This document shows positions 47,612 through 58,046 of a stretch of 64,000 bases of DNA, piece by piece. The notes under the pieces were generated by a model that saw only the letters and a program-made list of their open reading frames with translations, ran no database searches and had not been told where the DNA came from. Origin of the DNA: Alphaproteobacteria bacterium (GTDB lineage: Bacteria; Pseudomonadota; Alphaproteobacteria; UBA828); contig CBDCCI010000002.1 of assembly GCA_965214705.1 (NCBI GenBank), forward strand, positions 2,464,001 through 2,528,000, written 5' to 3'. Made by a program: the position numbers and the translations under genes. Position 1 is the first letter of the stretch. Every line of letters starts with the position of its first letter.

Positions 47612-48505
47612 GTGAACTTCTTCATCCAGATCATCGTCAGCGGCCTCACCTTCGGCGCCATGTATGCGCTCGCGGCGGTTGGGCTCGCCCTCGTCTGGGG
47701 CGCGTTCAACATGCTCAACATGGCCCACGGCATCATCATGACCTTGGGCGCCTATTTCGTCCTGGTCTGGGCGGAGTTGTTCGGTTTGCCGCTGTGGTTC
47801 GCGGGTCCCTTTGCCTTCCTCGCGGGCGGGATCGTGGGTGCGGTCATCTATTTCATCTCGGCCCACTGGATGCTGACGCAGAAGAACTTCGAGGTGACGA
47901 TCATCATCGCCACCTTCGGCCTCGGCATGGCGCTGGAAGCGGGCCTGATGAAGCTGCTGCGCGAGCTGTTCCAGGCCGCACCCTACGCCCAGCCGCTCTC
48001 GCTCGGCGCCGATTCATTCCTCGTGGGCGACGTCCCGGTCAGCTATCAGCGCCTCATCATCTGGGCGGTTGCGGTAGCGCTCATCGTCCTTGTCGCACTC
48101 TTCCTCACCCACACGACCATGGGCCGTGCCATCCGCGCGACCGCACAGAACCGCGACGCGGCGCGACTCATGGGTGTGAAGGTGAAGCGCGTCTACGTCA
48201 TCGTTCTGGGGCTCGCGAGCGGCCTCGCGGGCGTCGCCGGCATCATGCTGAGCTCCTTCAAGGACGTGGTGCCGCTGATGGGCCAGACGCCGATGCTCAA
48301 GGCGTTCATCGTCATCGTGCTCGCCGGCCTCGGCAACATGACCGGCGCCCTCTATGCGGCACTCCTGATCGGCATGGTGGAGGCGGCGGTGAAGGTGCTC
48401 GTGGCCGACAAGTGGGGCTTCCTCGCCATGCTCGTCGTGGTGGTGATCGCGATCATCTGGCGCCCCGCCGGGCTCTTCGGCAAACACCAGATCGCGCGCC
48501 AGTAG
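47612..48505 (+). CDS. ABC permease (LivH-like)
   Basis: YALAAVGLALVWG, NMAHG, GRAIRATAQN. Confidence 0.92.
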   Translation: MNFFIQIIVSGLTFGAMYALAAVGLALVWGAFNMLNMAHGIIMTLGAYFVLVWAELFGLPLWFAGPFAFLAGGIVGAVIYFISAHWMLTQKNFEVTIIIATFGLGMALEAGLMKLLRELFQAAPYAQPLSLGADSFLVGDVPVSYQRLIIWAVAVALIVLVALFLTHTTMGRAIRATAQNRDAARLMGVKVKRVYVIVLGLASGLAGVAGIMLSSFKDVVPLMGQTPMLKAFIVIVLAGLGNMTGALYAALLIGMVEAAVKVLVADKWGFLAMLVVVVIAIIWRPAGLFGKHQIARQ

Positions 48506-48515
48506 CGGCGGAACG

Positions 48516-49574
48516 ATGAAGACTCGCGATTACATCCTCTTCGCCATTCTGCTGGCAGTAGCCGCGGCATTCCCCTTCATGGGTGTGCCTCGCTACATCA
48601 TCGCGAGCGCGCTGCTGCTTTTCTGCTACGCGACCGTGGTCAGCCAGTGGAACCTGGTGTTCGGCGTGGCTGGCATCTTCTCGCTGGCGCAGCTCGCGAT
48701 CTTTGCCTTCGGCGCCTACACATCGGCGCTGATGGGACGCTATCTCGATTGGAGCCTGTGGCCCACCTTCCCCGTCGCCGGCGCCGCCGGCGTGGTGTTC
48801 AGCATCTTCATCGGTCTCGCCTGCCTCAGGATGCGGGGCATCTACGTCGCCCTGCTGACGCTCGCGATCTCGCAGACCATGTTCGTGCTGATCCAGACGG
48901 ACTCCGACTGCAGCGCGCTCAACAAGGTCATCAATCCGGCGACCTGCGTCTCGTTCACGGGCGGCGCGCAGGGACTCGGCGACTTCGGCACCTTCGGCTG
49001 GCGCGAGGTGCTGGGCGGGCGCAACTGGATGATGGGCGACTACTACACGATGCTGGGCCTCCTCATCGTCGCGCTCGTCTTCACCGCGGCGATGACTCAG
49101 AGCCGCATCGGCCTCGCCTTCAAGGCGCTGCGAGACAACGAGGAGCTCGCCACCTCCCGAGGCGTGAGCGTCTTCAAGTACCAACTCATCGTCTTCGCCG
49201 CCTCGGCCTTCCTGACCTCCATGGCGGGCGCCTTCTACGCGGCGCACTTCGGCTCGGTCGGCTCGAACCTCGTGGGCTTCGCGCTGCTGCTCTTCCTGAT
49301 CTCGATGCTCGTAGTCGGCGGCATCGGGCGCCTCTGGGGGCCGCTGCTCGGCGCCGGGCTGTTGATGGTCGCCGACGAGTTCTTCAAGGAGTTCTCCGAC
49401 CTGCGCAATATCGGCCTCGGGGTGGTGGTCCTGCTCTTCATGATCTTCCTGCCGGAAGGCGTGGCTGGCGCGATCGAATCCGTCTGTAAGCGCCTGCAGC
49501 GGATTCCTCTGGTCCGACGCATCGAGCAGCAATTGGCCGAGAGACTACGACGACGCTCGGCCGCGCCCGACTAG
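48516..49574 (+). CDS. ABC permease (LivM-like)
   Basis: WNLVFGVAG, RMRGIYVALLTLA, ALRDNE, GGIGRLWGP. Confidence 0.92.
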   Translation: MKTRDYILFAILLAVAAAFPFMGVPRYIIASALLLFCYATVVSQWNLVFGVAGIFSLAQLAIFAFGAYTSALMGRYLDWSLWPTFPVAGAAGVVFSIFIGLACLRMRGIYVALLTLAISQTMFVLIQTDSDCSALNKVINPATCVSFTGGAQGLGDFGTFGWREVLGGRNWMMGDYYTMLGLLIVALVFTAAMTQSRIGLAFKALRDNEELATSRGVSVFKYQLIVFAASAFLTSMAGAFYAAHFGSVGSNLVGFALLLFLISMLVVGGIGRLWGPLLGAGLLMVADEFFKEFSDLRNIGLGVVVLLFMIFLPEGVAGAIESVCKRLQRIPLVRRIEQQLAERLRRRSAAPD

Positions 49575-49595
49575 ACTCTCAGAGGACCGAACGCC

Positions 49596-51257
49596 ATGAC
49601 GCGGTGGCATAAGCGTGTAAGCGCCGCCATCGTGATGCTGGCCGTGCTGGCGGTGGCTGCCAGCGCGGCCGGCTCGCAGGCTGCCGACATCACCGAGCCT
49701 GTTGCGCCGCGCTTCGTCAATGTCGCCGCCACAGCCGGGGTCGAGCACGCCTATACCGGCGACTGGACGCACTACGTGGGTGGCGGTGTCGCTGCATTCG
49801 ACTGCGACCTCGACGGCGATCCGGACCTCTTCTTCGCCGGCGGTGCGAGCCCGGCCCGGCTCTATCGCAACGACAGCGCGCCGGGCACGTTGCGCTTCTC
49901 CGCACTGGCCGACAGCGAACTCGTCGAGACCGGCGTGACCGGCGCCTACCCTCTGGATATCGACGGCGACGGCATGATGGACCTCGCCGTGCTCCGGCTC
50001 GGCGCGAACCGGCTCTACCGGGGTCTCGGCGACTGCCGCTTCGCGCGCGCCGACGACGCCTGGAACGTGCCCGGTGGCGACGGCTGGACCACCGCGTTCA
50101 GCGCCGTCTGGGAGGGCGACAGCCGGCTGCCGACCCTCGCCTTCGGCGACTACGTCGACCGCGACATGTGGGCGGCCATGCACACGCCTTTCGGCGATTC
50201 GGCGACCAGCGCGGCGCCGACCCCGGCCTGCCCCGACAATGTCCTGTTCCGCCCGGCGAGCGTCGATGCCGCGACGTACGGGCCGGTGATACCCCTCAGT
50301 CCGGGCCACTGCCCGCTCTCGATGCTGTTCTCTGATTGGAGCCGCACGGGGCGTCCGGACCTGCGCGTCAGCAACGACCGCTTCTATCACGAGGACACCG
50401 GCGAGGAGCAGCTCTGGCATCTGGGCGCCGAGCCCCGGCTCTACGGCCGGGCCGACGGCTGGCCGCGCCTCAGAATCTGGGGCATGGGGATCGCCAGCCA
50501 CGACCTCACCGGCGACGGGCTGCCCGACTACTTCCTCTCCAACATGGGGGCGAACAGGCTGCGCACGCTCGCACCTGGCGCCATCGCCGGGCCCGAGTTC
50601 CGCGAGATTGCCTTCGAACGCGGCGTGGAGGCCAAACGCCCCCACGCGGGCGATGACGAGCGCCCGTCTACCGCCTGGCATTCGCAGTTCGCCGACGTGA
50701 ACAACGACGGCTGGATCGACCTCTTCGTCGCCAAGGGCAACGTGGAGGAGATGGAGGAGGCTGCGGCGGACGACCCGAACAACCTGCTCCTGGGTGGCCC
50801 TGACGGCCGCTTCCGCGAGGCCTCGGTGGAGGCAGGCGCGGCCAGCATGGGGCGGAGCCGTGGTGGCGCCGTGATCGACCTCGACCTCGACGGCCTGCTC
50901 GATATCGTCGTGGTGAATCGCATGACCAACGTCGAGATCTTGTACAACCGGAGCCGGGGCGCCGGCCGCTGGCTTCAGGTCATGCTGCAGCAGGAAAGCG
51001 CCAACCGGAACGCCATCGGCGCCTGGATCGAGGTGCGTACCGCCGGCCGCATCCAGCGCCACGAGGTGGTGGTCGGCGGCGGCCACGTCAGCGGGCAGGC
51101 CGGCTGGATTCACGTCGGCCTGGGCGCTGCAGAAACTGTGGAGATTCGGGCCCAATGGCCGGACGGGACCTGGAGCCCCTGGCAGCACACCGCCGCGAAT
51201 CGCTTCCTACTGATCGAGCGCGGGCGTACAGTGGTCGACGCGCGTCGAACCAGGTGA
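49596..51257 (+). CDS. CRTAC1/ASPIC-UnbV family secreted protein (FG-GAP repeats)
   Basis: Signal peptide; repeated DxDxDGxxDL; NRNAIGAWIEV...IHVGLG...QWPDG. Confidence 0.9.
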   Translation: MTRWHKRVSAAIVMLAVLAVAASAAGSQAADITEPVAPRFVNVAATAGVEHAYTGDWTHYVGGGVAAFDCDLDGDPDLFFAGGASPARLYRNDSAPGTLRFSALADSELVETGVTGAYPLDIDGDGMMDLAVLRLGANRLYRGLGDCRFARADDAWNVPGGDGWTTAFSAVWEGDSRLPTLAFGDYVDRDMWAAMHTPFGDSATSAAPTPACPDNVLFRPASVDAATYGPVIPLSPGHCPLSMLFSDWSRTGRPDLRVSNDRFYHEDTGEEQLWHLGAEPRLYGRADGWPRLRIWGMGIASHDLTGDGLPDYFLSNMGANRLRTLAPGAIAGPEFREIAFERGVEAKRPHAGDDERPSTAWHSQFADVNNDGWIDLFVAKGNVEEMEEAAADDPNNLLLGGPDGRFREASVEAGAASMGRSRGGAVIDLDLDGLLDIVVVNRMTNVEILYNRSRGAGRWLQVMLQQESANRNAIGAWIEVRTAGRIQRHEVVVGGGHVSGQAGWIHVGLGAAETVEIRAQWPDGTWSPWQHTAANRFLLIERGRTVVDARRTR

Positions 51258-51258
51258 C

Positions 51259-52227
51259 GTGATGGACGACTGGATTGCCCGCAAGGACCTGATCGAGGCG
51301 CCGCGCCTGAAGGCGCTGTCGCGACGCTCGGACCTCCTGGGCTGGCTCCAGACCCTGAGCCAGCTTGGCGCCGCGGGGCTCACCGGCTACGCGATCCATG
51401 CGCTGTGGGGCAGCTGGTGGGTGGCACCGCTATTCGTGGCTCAGGGCGTGATCCTCTGGGGCTTCTGCTACGCGGGCCAGCACGAGCTCGGGCATTGGAC
51501 GGTCTTCCGCAACCGGACCCTCAACGACGCCTTCGGCCACCTGGCGAGCTTCCCCCGCTTCTATGCCCACAACTATCAGCGCTTCTTCCATTTCGCTCAT
51601 CACCGCCACACCAAGGTCGCCGGTCACGACCCGGAACTCTTGGTCCAAAAGCCGTGGACGTTCTGGCGCTATCTCAAATTTATGGCCGGCTTGGCCCTCT
51701 GGATTGCCCTGATACGCAACGTCGTGGAGCACGCCTTCGGCCATGCACCCGAGCCCTTTCTCCGGGAGAAGGAGCGGCGCATCGTCATCCGCGAAGCGCG
51801 GCTCTACCTGCTCGGCTATGCGGCGGTCGTCGCGCTCTCGGTCTACTTCGAGAGCTGGGCTGCGCTGATCTGCGTGTGGGGACCGATGATCGTCACCACG
51901 TGCTTCTATCGCTTCTACGTCGCAGCCGAGCACCACGGCCTGCCCAACGGGCAGGGCGTGATCGGCAGCACGCGAACGACCCGCGCCGGGCCGATCCTGC
52001 GCTGGCTGATGTGGCAGATGCCCTACCACACCGAGCATCACCTTTTCCCCGGCGTGCCCTTTCACAAGCTGGGTGCGCTGAATCGGGAGCTGCGCGAGCG
52101 GCCGGACTCCAAGCTCGCCGGTATCAACGACATCGCGCCCGGCTATATCGCCGTGAATCTCAAGCTCCTCGCCATGCTCTGGCGCGGCGAAGACCCCACC
52201 TTCCTGGCCGAAGCGGCGCGGGCGTAG
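51259..52227 (+). CDS. Membrane fatty-acid-desaturase family enzyme (MocD-like)
   Basis: His boxes HELGH, HFAHHRH and YHTEHH. Confidence 0.88.
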   Translation: MMDDWIARKDLIEAPRLKALSRRSDLLGWLQTLSQLGAAGLTGYAIHALWGSWWVAPLFVAQGVILWGFCYAGQHELGHWTVFRNRTLNDAFGHLASFPRFYAHNYQRFFHFAHHRHTKVAGHDPELLVQKPWTFWRYLKFMAGLALWIALIRNVVEHAFGHAPEPFLREKERRIVIREARLYLLGYAAVVALSVYFESWAALICVWGPMIVTTCFYRFYVAAEHHGLPNGQGVIGSTRTTRAGPILRWLMWQMPYHTEHHLFPGVPFHKLGALNRELRERPDSKLAGINDIAPGYIAVNLKLLAMLWRGEDPTFLAEAARA

Positions 52228-52249
52228 CGAGCGGAAGGGAGGTCTCCTC

Positions 52250-53206
52250 GTGAGCGGAACCGACGCGGCGGTCGGCGTGCGCACTATCCACGCACGCCAT
52301 CAGCACATGACCTGGGACAACGCCTGCGAGCCGGCGGCCACGGTCGCGCCGGGCGAGACCGTCGCCTTCGCGGAGGTCGATGCGGTGTGCGGGCAGCTCG
52401 CCCCAGATTCCACCCCGGAGGCGGTCGCCAATCTCGATTTCGACCGGGTCAACCCCATCGCCGGGCCCATCTACATCGACGGGGCCGAGCCCGGTGACAC
52501 CATCAAGGCGACCCTGGTGGATCTCACGGCCTCGGGCTGGGCGTGGACGGCGATCGTTCCGGGCTTCGGCCTGCTGGCCGAGGACTTCCCGGAGCCATCG
52601 CTCAACATCTGGTCCTACGACACGAGCTTTCGCGAGCCCGCCGCCTACTCCGGCATCGCGCGCGTGCCGCTCAAGCCCTTCTGCGGCACCATCGGCCTCG
52701 CGCGCGCCGAGCCCGGCGGCTTCAGCACCGTGCCGCCCTACGAGAGCGGCGGCAACATGGACATCCGCGACCTCACCATCGGCGTCGATCTCTATCTGCC
52801 GGTGCAGGTGCCGGGCGGGCTCTTTTCCATCGGCGACCCGCACTGCGCCCAGGGAGACGGCGAGGTCTGCGGCACGGCGATCGAATCGCCGATGGCACCG
52901 GTCGTCTGCCTCGACCTGATCAAGGGCGAGGGACTTCTCTTCCCCCGCTTCGAGACGCCGGGCCCGGTCTCGCGCCATCTCGACGCCAAGGGCTACGAGG
53001 TCACCACGGGGATCGGCCCGGACCTGATGGAGGCGGCGCAGAACGCGGTGCGCGGCATGATCGACCGGCTCGGCGCCTCGCGCGGCCTGGCGGCGGATGA
53101 GGCCTACATGCTGTGCAGCGTCTGCGCAGACCTGCGCATCAGCGAGATCGTCGACCGGCCCAACTGGGTGGTTTCCTGCTATCTGCCGCGCATCGTCTTC
53201 GAGTAA
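52250..53206 (+). CDS. Acetamidase/formamidase family protein
   Basis: GPIYIDGAEPGD, GGNMD, GDPHCAQGDGEVCGTAIE. Confidence 0.93.
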   Translation: MSGTDAAVGVRTIHARHQHMTWDNACEPAATVAPGETVAFAEVDAVCGQLAPDSTPEAVANLDFDRVNPIAGPIYIDGAEPGDTIKATLVDLTASGWAWTAIVPGFGLLAEDFPEPSLNIWSYDTSFREPAAYSGIARVPLKPFCGTIGLARAEPGGFSTVPPYESGGNMDIRDLTIGVDLYLPVQVPGGLFSIGDPHCAQGDGEVCGTAIESPMAPVVCLDLIKGEGLLFPRFETPGPVSRHLDAKGYEVTTGIGPDLMEAAQNAVRGMIDRLGASRGLAADEAYMLCSVCADLRISEIVDRPNWVVSCYLPRIVFE

Positions 53207-53250
53207 CGGTGTCCAGCACGGCCAGAGGTTTCAGCGAAGGGAGGACTACG

Positions 53251-53655
53251 ATGAAGGTGGACGGCGCCTGCTTCTGCGGGCAGATCACCTACGAAGCGGA
53301 ACTCAACACAGACCGAATCGTCATCTGCAACTGCACGGATTGTCAGTCGCTCTCCGGCTCGGCATTCCGCACGGTCGCATTCACGCAGGAGGATGCGTTC
53401 ACCCTGCTCACCGGCGAGATCAAGGTCTACGTTAAGATCGCGGACAGCGGAAACCGGCGCCAGCAGGGCTTCTGCGGGACCTGCGGCTCGCCCATCTATG
53501 CGACCTCGGACCCGGCCGGGCCCTTCTACGGTCTCCGTGTCGGCACCATCAAGCAGCGCGATCAACTGGTGCCGAAGGTCCACATCTACAACCGCTCCAA
53601 GCAGCACTGGCTCGACCAGATCCCGTCGCTCCCCACCATCGAAGAAATGCCGTAG
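53251..53655 (+). CDS. GFA family protein
   Basis: GGAGG RBS; GACFCG, CNCTDCQ, FCGTCGSP. Confidence 0.92.
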   Translation: MKVDGACFCGQITYEAELNTDRIVICNCTDCQSLSGSAFRTVAFTQEDAFTLLTGEIKVYVKIADSGNRRQQGFCGTCGSPIYATSDPAGPFYGLRVGTIKQRDQLVPKVHIYNRSKQHWLDQIPSLPTIEEMP

Positions 53656-53768
53656 GGGAAACCCTGTGCGGAACCTCTCTCGCCCACTCTGGTGCGCCGT
53701 GGGATAAGACCCAATCGATGGCGCCTTCGTTCGAGGGCAGCGCCTCAGCAACGCAAAGGGAAACAAGC

Positions 53769-54131
53769 ATGATCGGCTATATCACCGTAGGCACCAACGA
53801 CATGGAGCGCGCGGCGACGTTCTGGGACGCGCTGCTGGCCGACTTGGGCGCCAAGCGCGCGTTGGAATCGGACCGCTACGTCGGCTGGTCCGACGGCAAA
53901 GGCGCCATGTTCATGATCATCAAGCCCGCCGACGGCAACGACGCGCAGCCCGGCAACGGCACCATGACCGCCTTCGATGTCGGCAGCAACGACAGGGTCG
54001 ATGCGCTCTACGCCAAGGCCATCTCGCTCGGCGCCACCGACGAGGGCGAGCCGGGCCCCCGTGCGGGCACGTTCTACGGCGGCTACTTCCGCGACCTGGA
54101 CGGCAACAAGCACGTCTTCTTCAACACGTGA
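53769..54131 (+). CDS. VOC/glyoxalase family protein
   Basis: MIGYITVGTND, GNGTM, FYGGYFRDLDGNK. Confidence 0.92.
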   Translation: MIGYITVGTNDMERAATFWDALLADLGAKRALESDRYVGWSDGKGAMFMIIKPADGNDAQPGNGTMTAFDVGSNDRVDALYAKAISLGATDEGEPGPRAGTFYGGYFRDLDGNKHVFFNT

Positions 54132-54185
54132 TCGCCTGCCGTGCCAGTGTAGAAACCTCTTTGATGAGACAGCGAACCGAATCTC

Positions 54186-55562
54186 TCAGCGGGTGAAGCG
54201 CTTGTCGATCACCGTGAGCGAGGCGTCCAGCGCGTCGGCTGCGGTGTCGATCTCCTCCTGGGTGATCGTGAACGGCGGGCCGACCTTGATCGTGTTGGGC
54301 GAGAAGCCGCCCATAAAGACGCCGCGCTTCGCGTTCTCGGCCGCGACGATGACGTTGGGATGCGTGCCGAGATCGCCGGTAAACGGCGAGTAGCGGTCCT
54401 CGGGCACGATGGGCTCGCCATTCTTATCGACGAGATCGAGCGTGTAGAAGAGCCCGCGCCCCGACACGCGGCCGACGCAGGGATGCCCCTCCTTCAGCGC
54501 GTCGAGCCGGTCCTTGAGGTAGGCGCCGCGCTGGCGCACCTGCTGCATGATGTCGTTGGCGAGCATGTATTCGAGATTGCCGACGATGGTGGCGCAGATC
54601 AGCGGATGACCGTCCCAGGTGCTGCCGGTCCACCAGCGGGCCTTCTCGAAGAAGTCGGCGATGGGCGCGCTCGCAATTACGGCGCCGACCGGCAGCGCAG
54701 AGCCGTTGATGCCCTTGCCGGCGGCCATCAGGTCCGGCTTCACGCCGGGCCAGTGCATGTAGCCGAACCACTCGCCGAGCCGCCCGAAGCCCGTGATCAC
54801 CTCGTCGTCGATCCAGAGGAAGCCGTACTTGTCACAGAGCGCGCGGAGCCCCGGCAGGTAGTCCGTGTGCGGCAGGGTGCCGCCCGCGCCGAACATCGGC
54901 TCGCTGATCACCGCCGCGATGTTCTCCGGCCCCACCGCGCGGACGATGTGCTCCGTTGCCTCCAGAGACGGCAGCCGCCCGTTGGCCTGCCAGTCCTCGT
55001 GCTCCGGCGGCGGGATCGGGATGTAGCCGTGGGGCGGCCAACCCGGCACGTCGGCGACGTCGGCGAAGCCGTCGTCGGTCGAGATGTTGTTGCGGTAACC
55101 ACGCATCATGGTCGCGCCCACGGTCATACCATGGAAGGAGTGGGCCTGGGTCAGGATGACGCTGCGCCCGGTGTAGAGCCGCGCCATGGTGATGCAGCTC
55201 TCCGTCGCCTCGGTGCCAGACGGCAGGACGCGCAGCCTTCCGGCCCAGCCCTCCTGTCCCAGGATGTCCTCGATCACCAGCTTCGCCGCCCGCGCGCGAT
55301 ACTCGTTCGCCATCGTGTAGGTGACGTGGCCATAGCGCTCCATGGCCTCGGCCAGCGCGCCGTGGATCGCCGGATGCCGGTGCCCCAGGTTGTCGGAGAT
55401 AAGCTGGCTCATGAAGTCGAGCAGCCGCGTACCGTCGGCAAGCGTGAGATAGTTGCCGTCGGTGCTGTCGACCGCCGTGATGCTGAGCTCGTCCTCAGCC
55501 TGGAGGCCGTGCAGGTAGTAGGCCCGGTCCCAACGCTCGAGCTCGTTCCAATCGCGTGTCAT
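54186..55562 (-). CDS. Class III PLP aminotransferase
   Basis: NLGHRHP, SGTEATE, SFHGMT, DEVITGFGRLG, PDLMAAGKG. Confidence 0.93.
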   Translation of the reverse strand: MTRDWNELERWDRAYYLHGLQAEDELSITAVDSTDGNYLTLADGTRLLDFMSQLISDNLGHRHPAIHGALAEAMERYGHVTYTMANEYRARAAKLVIEDILGQEGWAGRLRVLPSGTEATESCITMARLYTGRSVILTQAHSFHGMTVGATMMRGYRNNISTDDGFADVADVPGWPPHGYIPIPPPEHEDWQANGRLPSLEATEHIVRAVGPENIAAVISEPMFGAGGTLPHTDYLPGLRALCDKYGFLWIDDEVITGFGRLGEWFGYMHWPGVKPDLMAAGKGINGSALPVGAVIASAPIADFFEKARWWTGSTWDGHPLICATIVGNLEYMLANDIMQQVRQRGAYLKDRLDALKEGHPCVGRVSGRGLFYTLDLVDKNGEPIVPEDRYSPFTGDLGTHPNVIVAAENAKRGVFMGGFSPNTIKVGPPFTITQEEIDTAADALDASLTVIDKRFTR

Positions 55563-55724
55563 GACGCCCTCCCCAGCCGGTCACGGAACGCGCTCAGGTT
55601 AGCCTACCCGCGTGGATCGCCCTACCCGCCCCAATCCGGCCACCGGTTTGACCGCAGAGGCCTGCTGCCTATCATGCGCGCCGTCCGGGCGCGGCCCGCA
55701 GCAAAGCAATGGGGAGATCAAGGA

Positions 55725-56780
55725 ATGGCGAAGGGTAAGGCGGTCGTCGTTGGCGGCCTCGGTATGATCGGGCGCAACATCATCCAGGCTCTCGAGGCCG
55801 AAGGCGGGTGGGAGATCGTCGGGCTGTCGCGGCGGCCTGCGAATTTCGAGACCAAGGCCACCTTCATCTCCGTCGACTTGCTGGATAACGCCGGCGCCAA
55901 GGAGAAGCTCTCGGGCCTCACCGATGTCACCCACATCTTCTTCGCCGGGCTTTCCGGCGGCCTCGAGGCCGAGAACGTGGACGACAACCTCGCGCTCGTG
56001 GCCAACTCCGCCGGCGTGATCGAGCCGATCTCGCCCGTCTTGGACCGCGTGATCCTGGTCCAGGGCGGCAAGTACTACGGCGTCCACCTCGGCCTGCACA
56101 AGACGCCGTCGAAGGAGACCGATCCGCGCACCCTTCCGCCCAACTTTTATTACGCCCAGCAGGACTTCCTCGCCGACCTGCAGAAGGGGAAATCGTGGAA
56201 TTACACCTGCCTGCGCCCCGAGGCGGTGATCGGCCATGCCGAGGGCATCCCGCTCAACACCGCATCGCTCGTCGCGGTCTATGCCTGCGTGTGCAAGGCG
56301 ATGGACGTGCCGCTCAACTTTCCGGGACCGGAAGCGGGCTTCACGGCCTACAACAAGTTCGTCGATGCCAGGCTGCTCGGGCGCTGCGCCGCATGGGCCG
56401 CTCAGAATCCCGCCTGCGCCGGCGAGGCCTTCAACGTGACCAACGTCTCCGGCATGCGCTGGTGCAACCTGTGGCCGGCCTTCACCGAGTATTTCGGCTG
56501 CCGGCCGGGCACGGTGACGCCGATGAGCCTCGCCGACTTCATGGGAGACATGGGCCCGGTCTGGGACGACATCGCCCGCGACCACCAGCTCAAGCCGATG
56601 GCCTACTCCGACCTCGGCGACTGGAGCTTCGCCGACTGGAACTTCGGCCGCACCTGGGACACCATCCTGGAAGACACAAAGCGCCTGCAGTACGGCTTCA
56701 CCGAAGCCATCGACACCGAGCAGAACTTCCTCGAGATCTTCGACGACATGCGCGCCGCGCGGGTGATCCCGGCGGGCTGA
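55725..56780 (+). CDS. SDR of the progesterone 5-beta-reductase/PRISE-like type
   Basis: GGLGMIG, GLSRR, GGKYYG, PNFYYAQQD, GEAFNVTN. Confidence 0.85.
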   Translation: MAKGKAVVVGGLGMIGRNIIQALEAEGGWEIVGLSRRPANFETKATFISVDLLDNAGAKEKLSGLTDVTHIFFAGLSGGLEAENVDDNLALVANSAGVIEPISPVLDRVILVQGGKYYGVHLGLHKTPSKETDPRTLPPNFYYAQQDFLADLQKGKSWNYTCLRPEAVIGHAEGIPLNTASLVAVYACVCKAMDVPLNFPGPEAGFTAYNKFVDARLLGRCAAWAAQNPACAGEAFNVTNVSGMRWCNLWPAFTEYFGCRPGTVTPMSLADFMGDMGPVWDDIARDHQLKPMAYSDLGDWSFADWNFGRTWDTILEDTKRLQYGFTEAIDTEQNFLEIFDDMRAARVIPAG

Positions 56781-56838
56781 AGGATGGCATAGGCACGGGC
56801 CGGGGCCACCCCTCCTTACCCCGACCCTCTCCTCCCCA

Positions 56839-58007
56839 GGATTCCTCTGCGAAATCGGCTCAGCGGGATGTTTTGGGAAGGTTTTGGCATTGGGCGGTGT
56901 TGATGGAGGCGCGTGTGCCGCCGTCGTTGGACGATCTTGTGTCTGAAACGGCGGTTTGCGGGCGCACTGGTCGGTCAGCAGCCCGCAATCAGGCTGGCGC
57001 GGCGCAGGTTGTAGGCGGTGGCAGCGGCGTAGAGGCGGGCGGTGTTCCTCTCGAACACGCAACTCCTGGCTCGCCTCAGCCCGTAGAGGCGCTTCAGCGC
57101 CGAAAAGACCGCTTCCACCGGCGCCCGGCGCCTCGCAATGAGATCGTTGCGGCGCTGCTGCCAGGGCGGCAGCGAGGCCATGTGTTTGTTGCGCCGGTGC
57201 ATGATGCGGTCCTTGATGCCGGCAGCCCTGAGCCTCGCCCGTCTCGGCTTGCTTTCGTAGGCGCGATCGCCATAGACCGCCCCCTCGTCGCCGCAGATCA
57301 GCCGATCGGCCACCTCGCTCTCGTAAGTCTTGGCCGAGCTCAGCGCCACGCGCCGGATCAGCCCGGAGCCTTGGTCGACCCCCAGATGCGCCTTGTAGCC
57401 GAAGAAGCCGCGGCCCTTCTTCCGCGTCCAGCCCGCGCCCGGCTCCCGTGGGTGCCCAGCACCTGCGCCCGCCTTGTAGGGCGGAGGCCGCGAGGCCGAG
57501 GCCACCAGCGTCGCGTCCATCAGCGTGCCCTTACGCAGGATCAGGCCGGCGGCGTCCAGCTGGCGGTTGATCTCCTCGAACGCCGCCTCCAGAACCGCGC
57601 CCGCGTCCGCGCGAAAGCGGCAGATCGTGGTCTCGTCCGGCGTGCCCCCATCCAGCGCAAAGCCGCAGAAACGCCGGAACGACAGACGATCCAGCAGCGT
57701 CTCCTCCAGGCCGGGGTCCGAAAGGTCGTAAAGCGCCTGAAGATAGAGCGCCTTCAGCATCGCCAAAGGCGCATACGGCGGACGACCCCGCCGCCCCTCG
57801 CGCACGCGCGCGGCCAGACGCTCGAGAGGAGCCCAGTCGATCAAGGCGTCCAGACGCTCCAGCTTCCGGTTCGACCCCAGCCCCGGAGACATGAATGCTT
57901 CTGCAAATCCCAGCTGACCCGTGCCGCTCATCGACTCGACCTCCCCATCGCTGCAGCAACGAATCACATGCCAACCAATCCGCAAACCCACTTTCGCAGA
58001 GGAATCC
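56839..58007 (-). mobile_element. IS5 family element, 1169 bp, 16-bp IRs, 4-bp target duplication CCCA
   Basis: GGATTCCTCTGCGAAA (56839-56854) and TTTCGCAGAGGAATCC (57992-58007); CCCA at 56835-56838 and 58008-58011. Confidence 0.95.
56975..57931 (-). CDS. IS5 family transposase
   Basis: GRPPY, LQALYDLSDPGLEE, PDETTICRFR, MDATLV, FGYKAH, YGDRAY, RAPVEAVF. Confidence 0.95.
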   Translation of the reverse strand: MSGTGQLGFAEAFMSPGLGSNRKLERLDALIDWAPLERLAARVREGRRGRPPYAPLAMLKALYLQALYDLSDPGLEETLLDRLSFRRFCGFALDGGTPDETTICRFRADAGAVLEAAFEEINRQLDAAGLILRKGTLMDATLVASASRPPPYKAGAGAGHPREPGAGWTRKKGRGFFGYKAHLGVDQGSGLIRRVALSSAKTYESEVADRLICGDEGAVYGDRAYESKPRRARLRAAGIKDRIMHRRNKHMASLPPWQQRRNDLIARRRAPVEAVFSALKRLYGLRRARSCVFERNTARLYAAATAYNLRRASLIAGC

Positions 58008-58046
58008 CCCAGGGAGGAGAGGGAGAACGGGTGGCGCAGCCTACGT

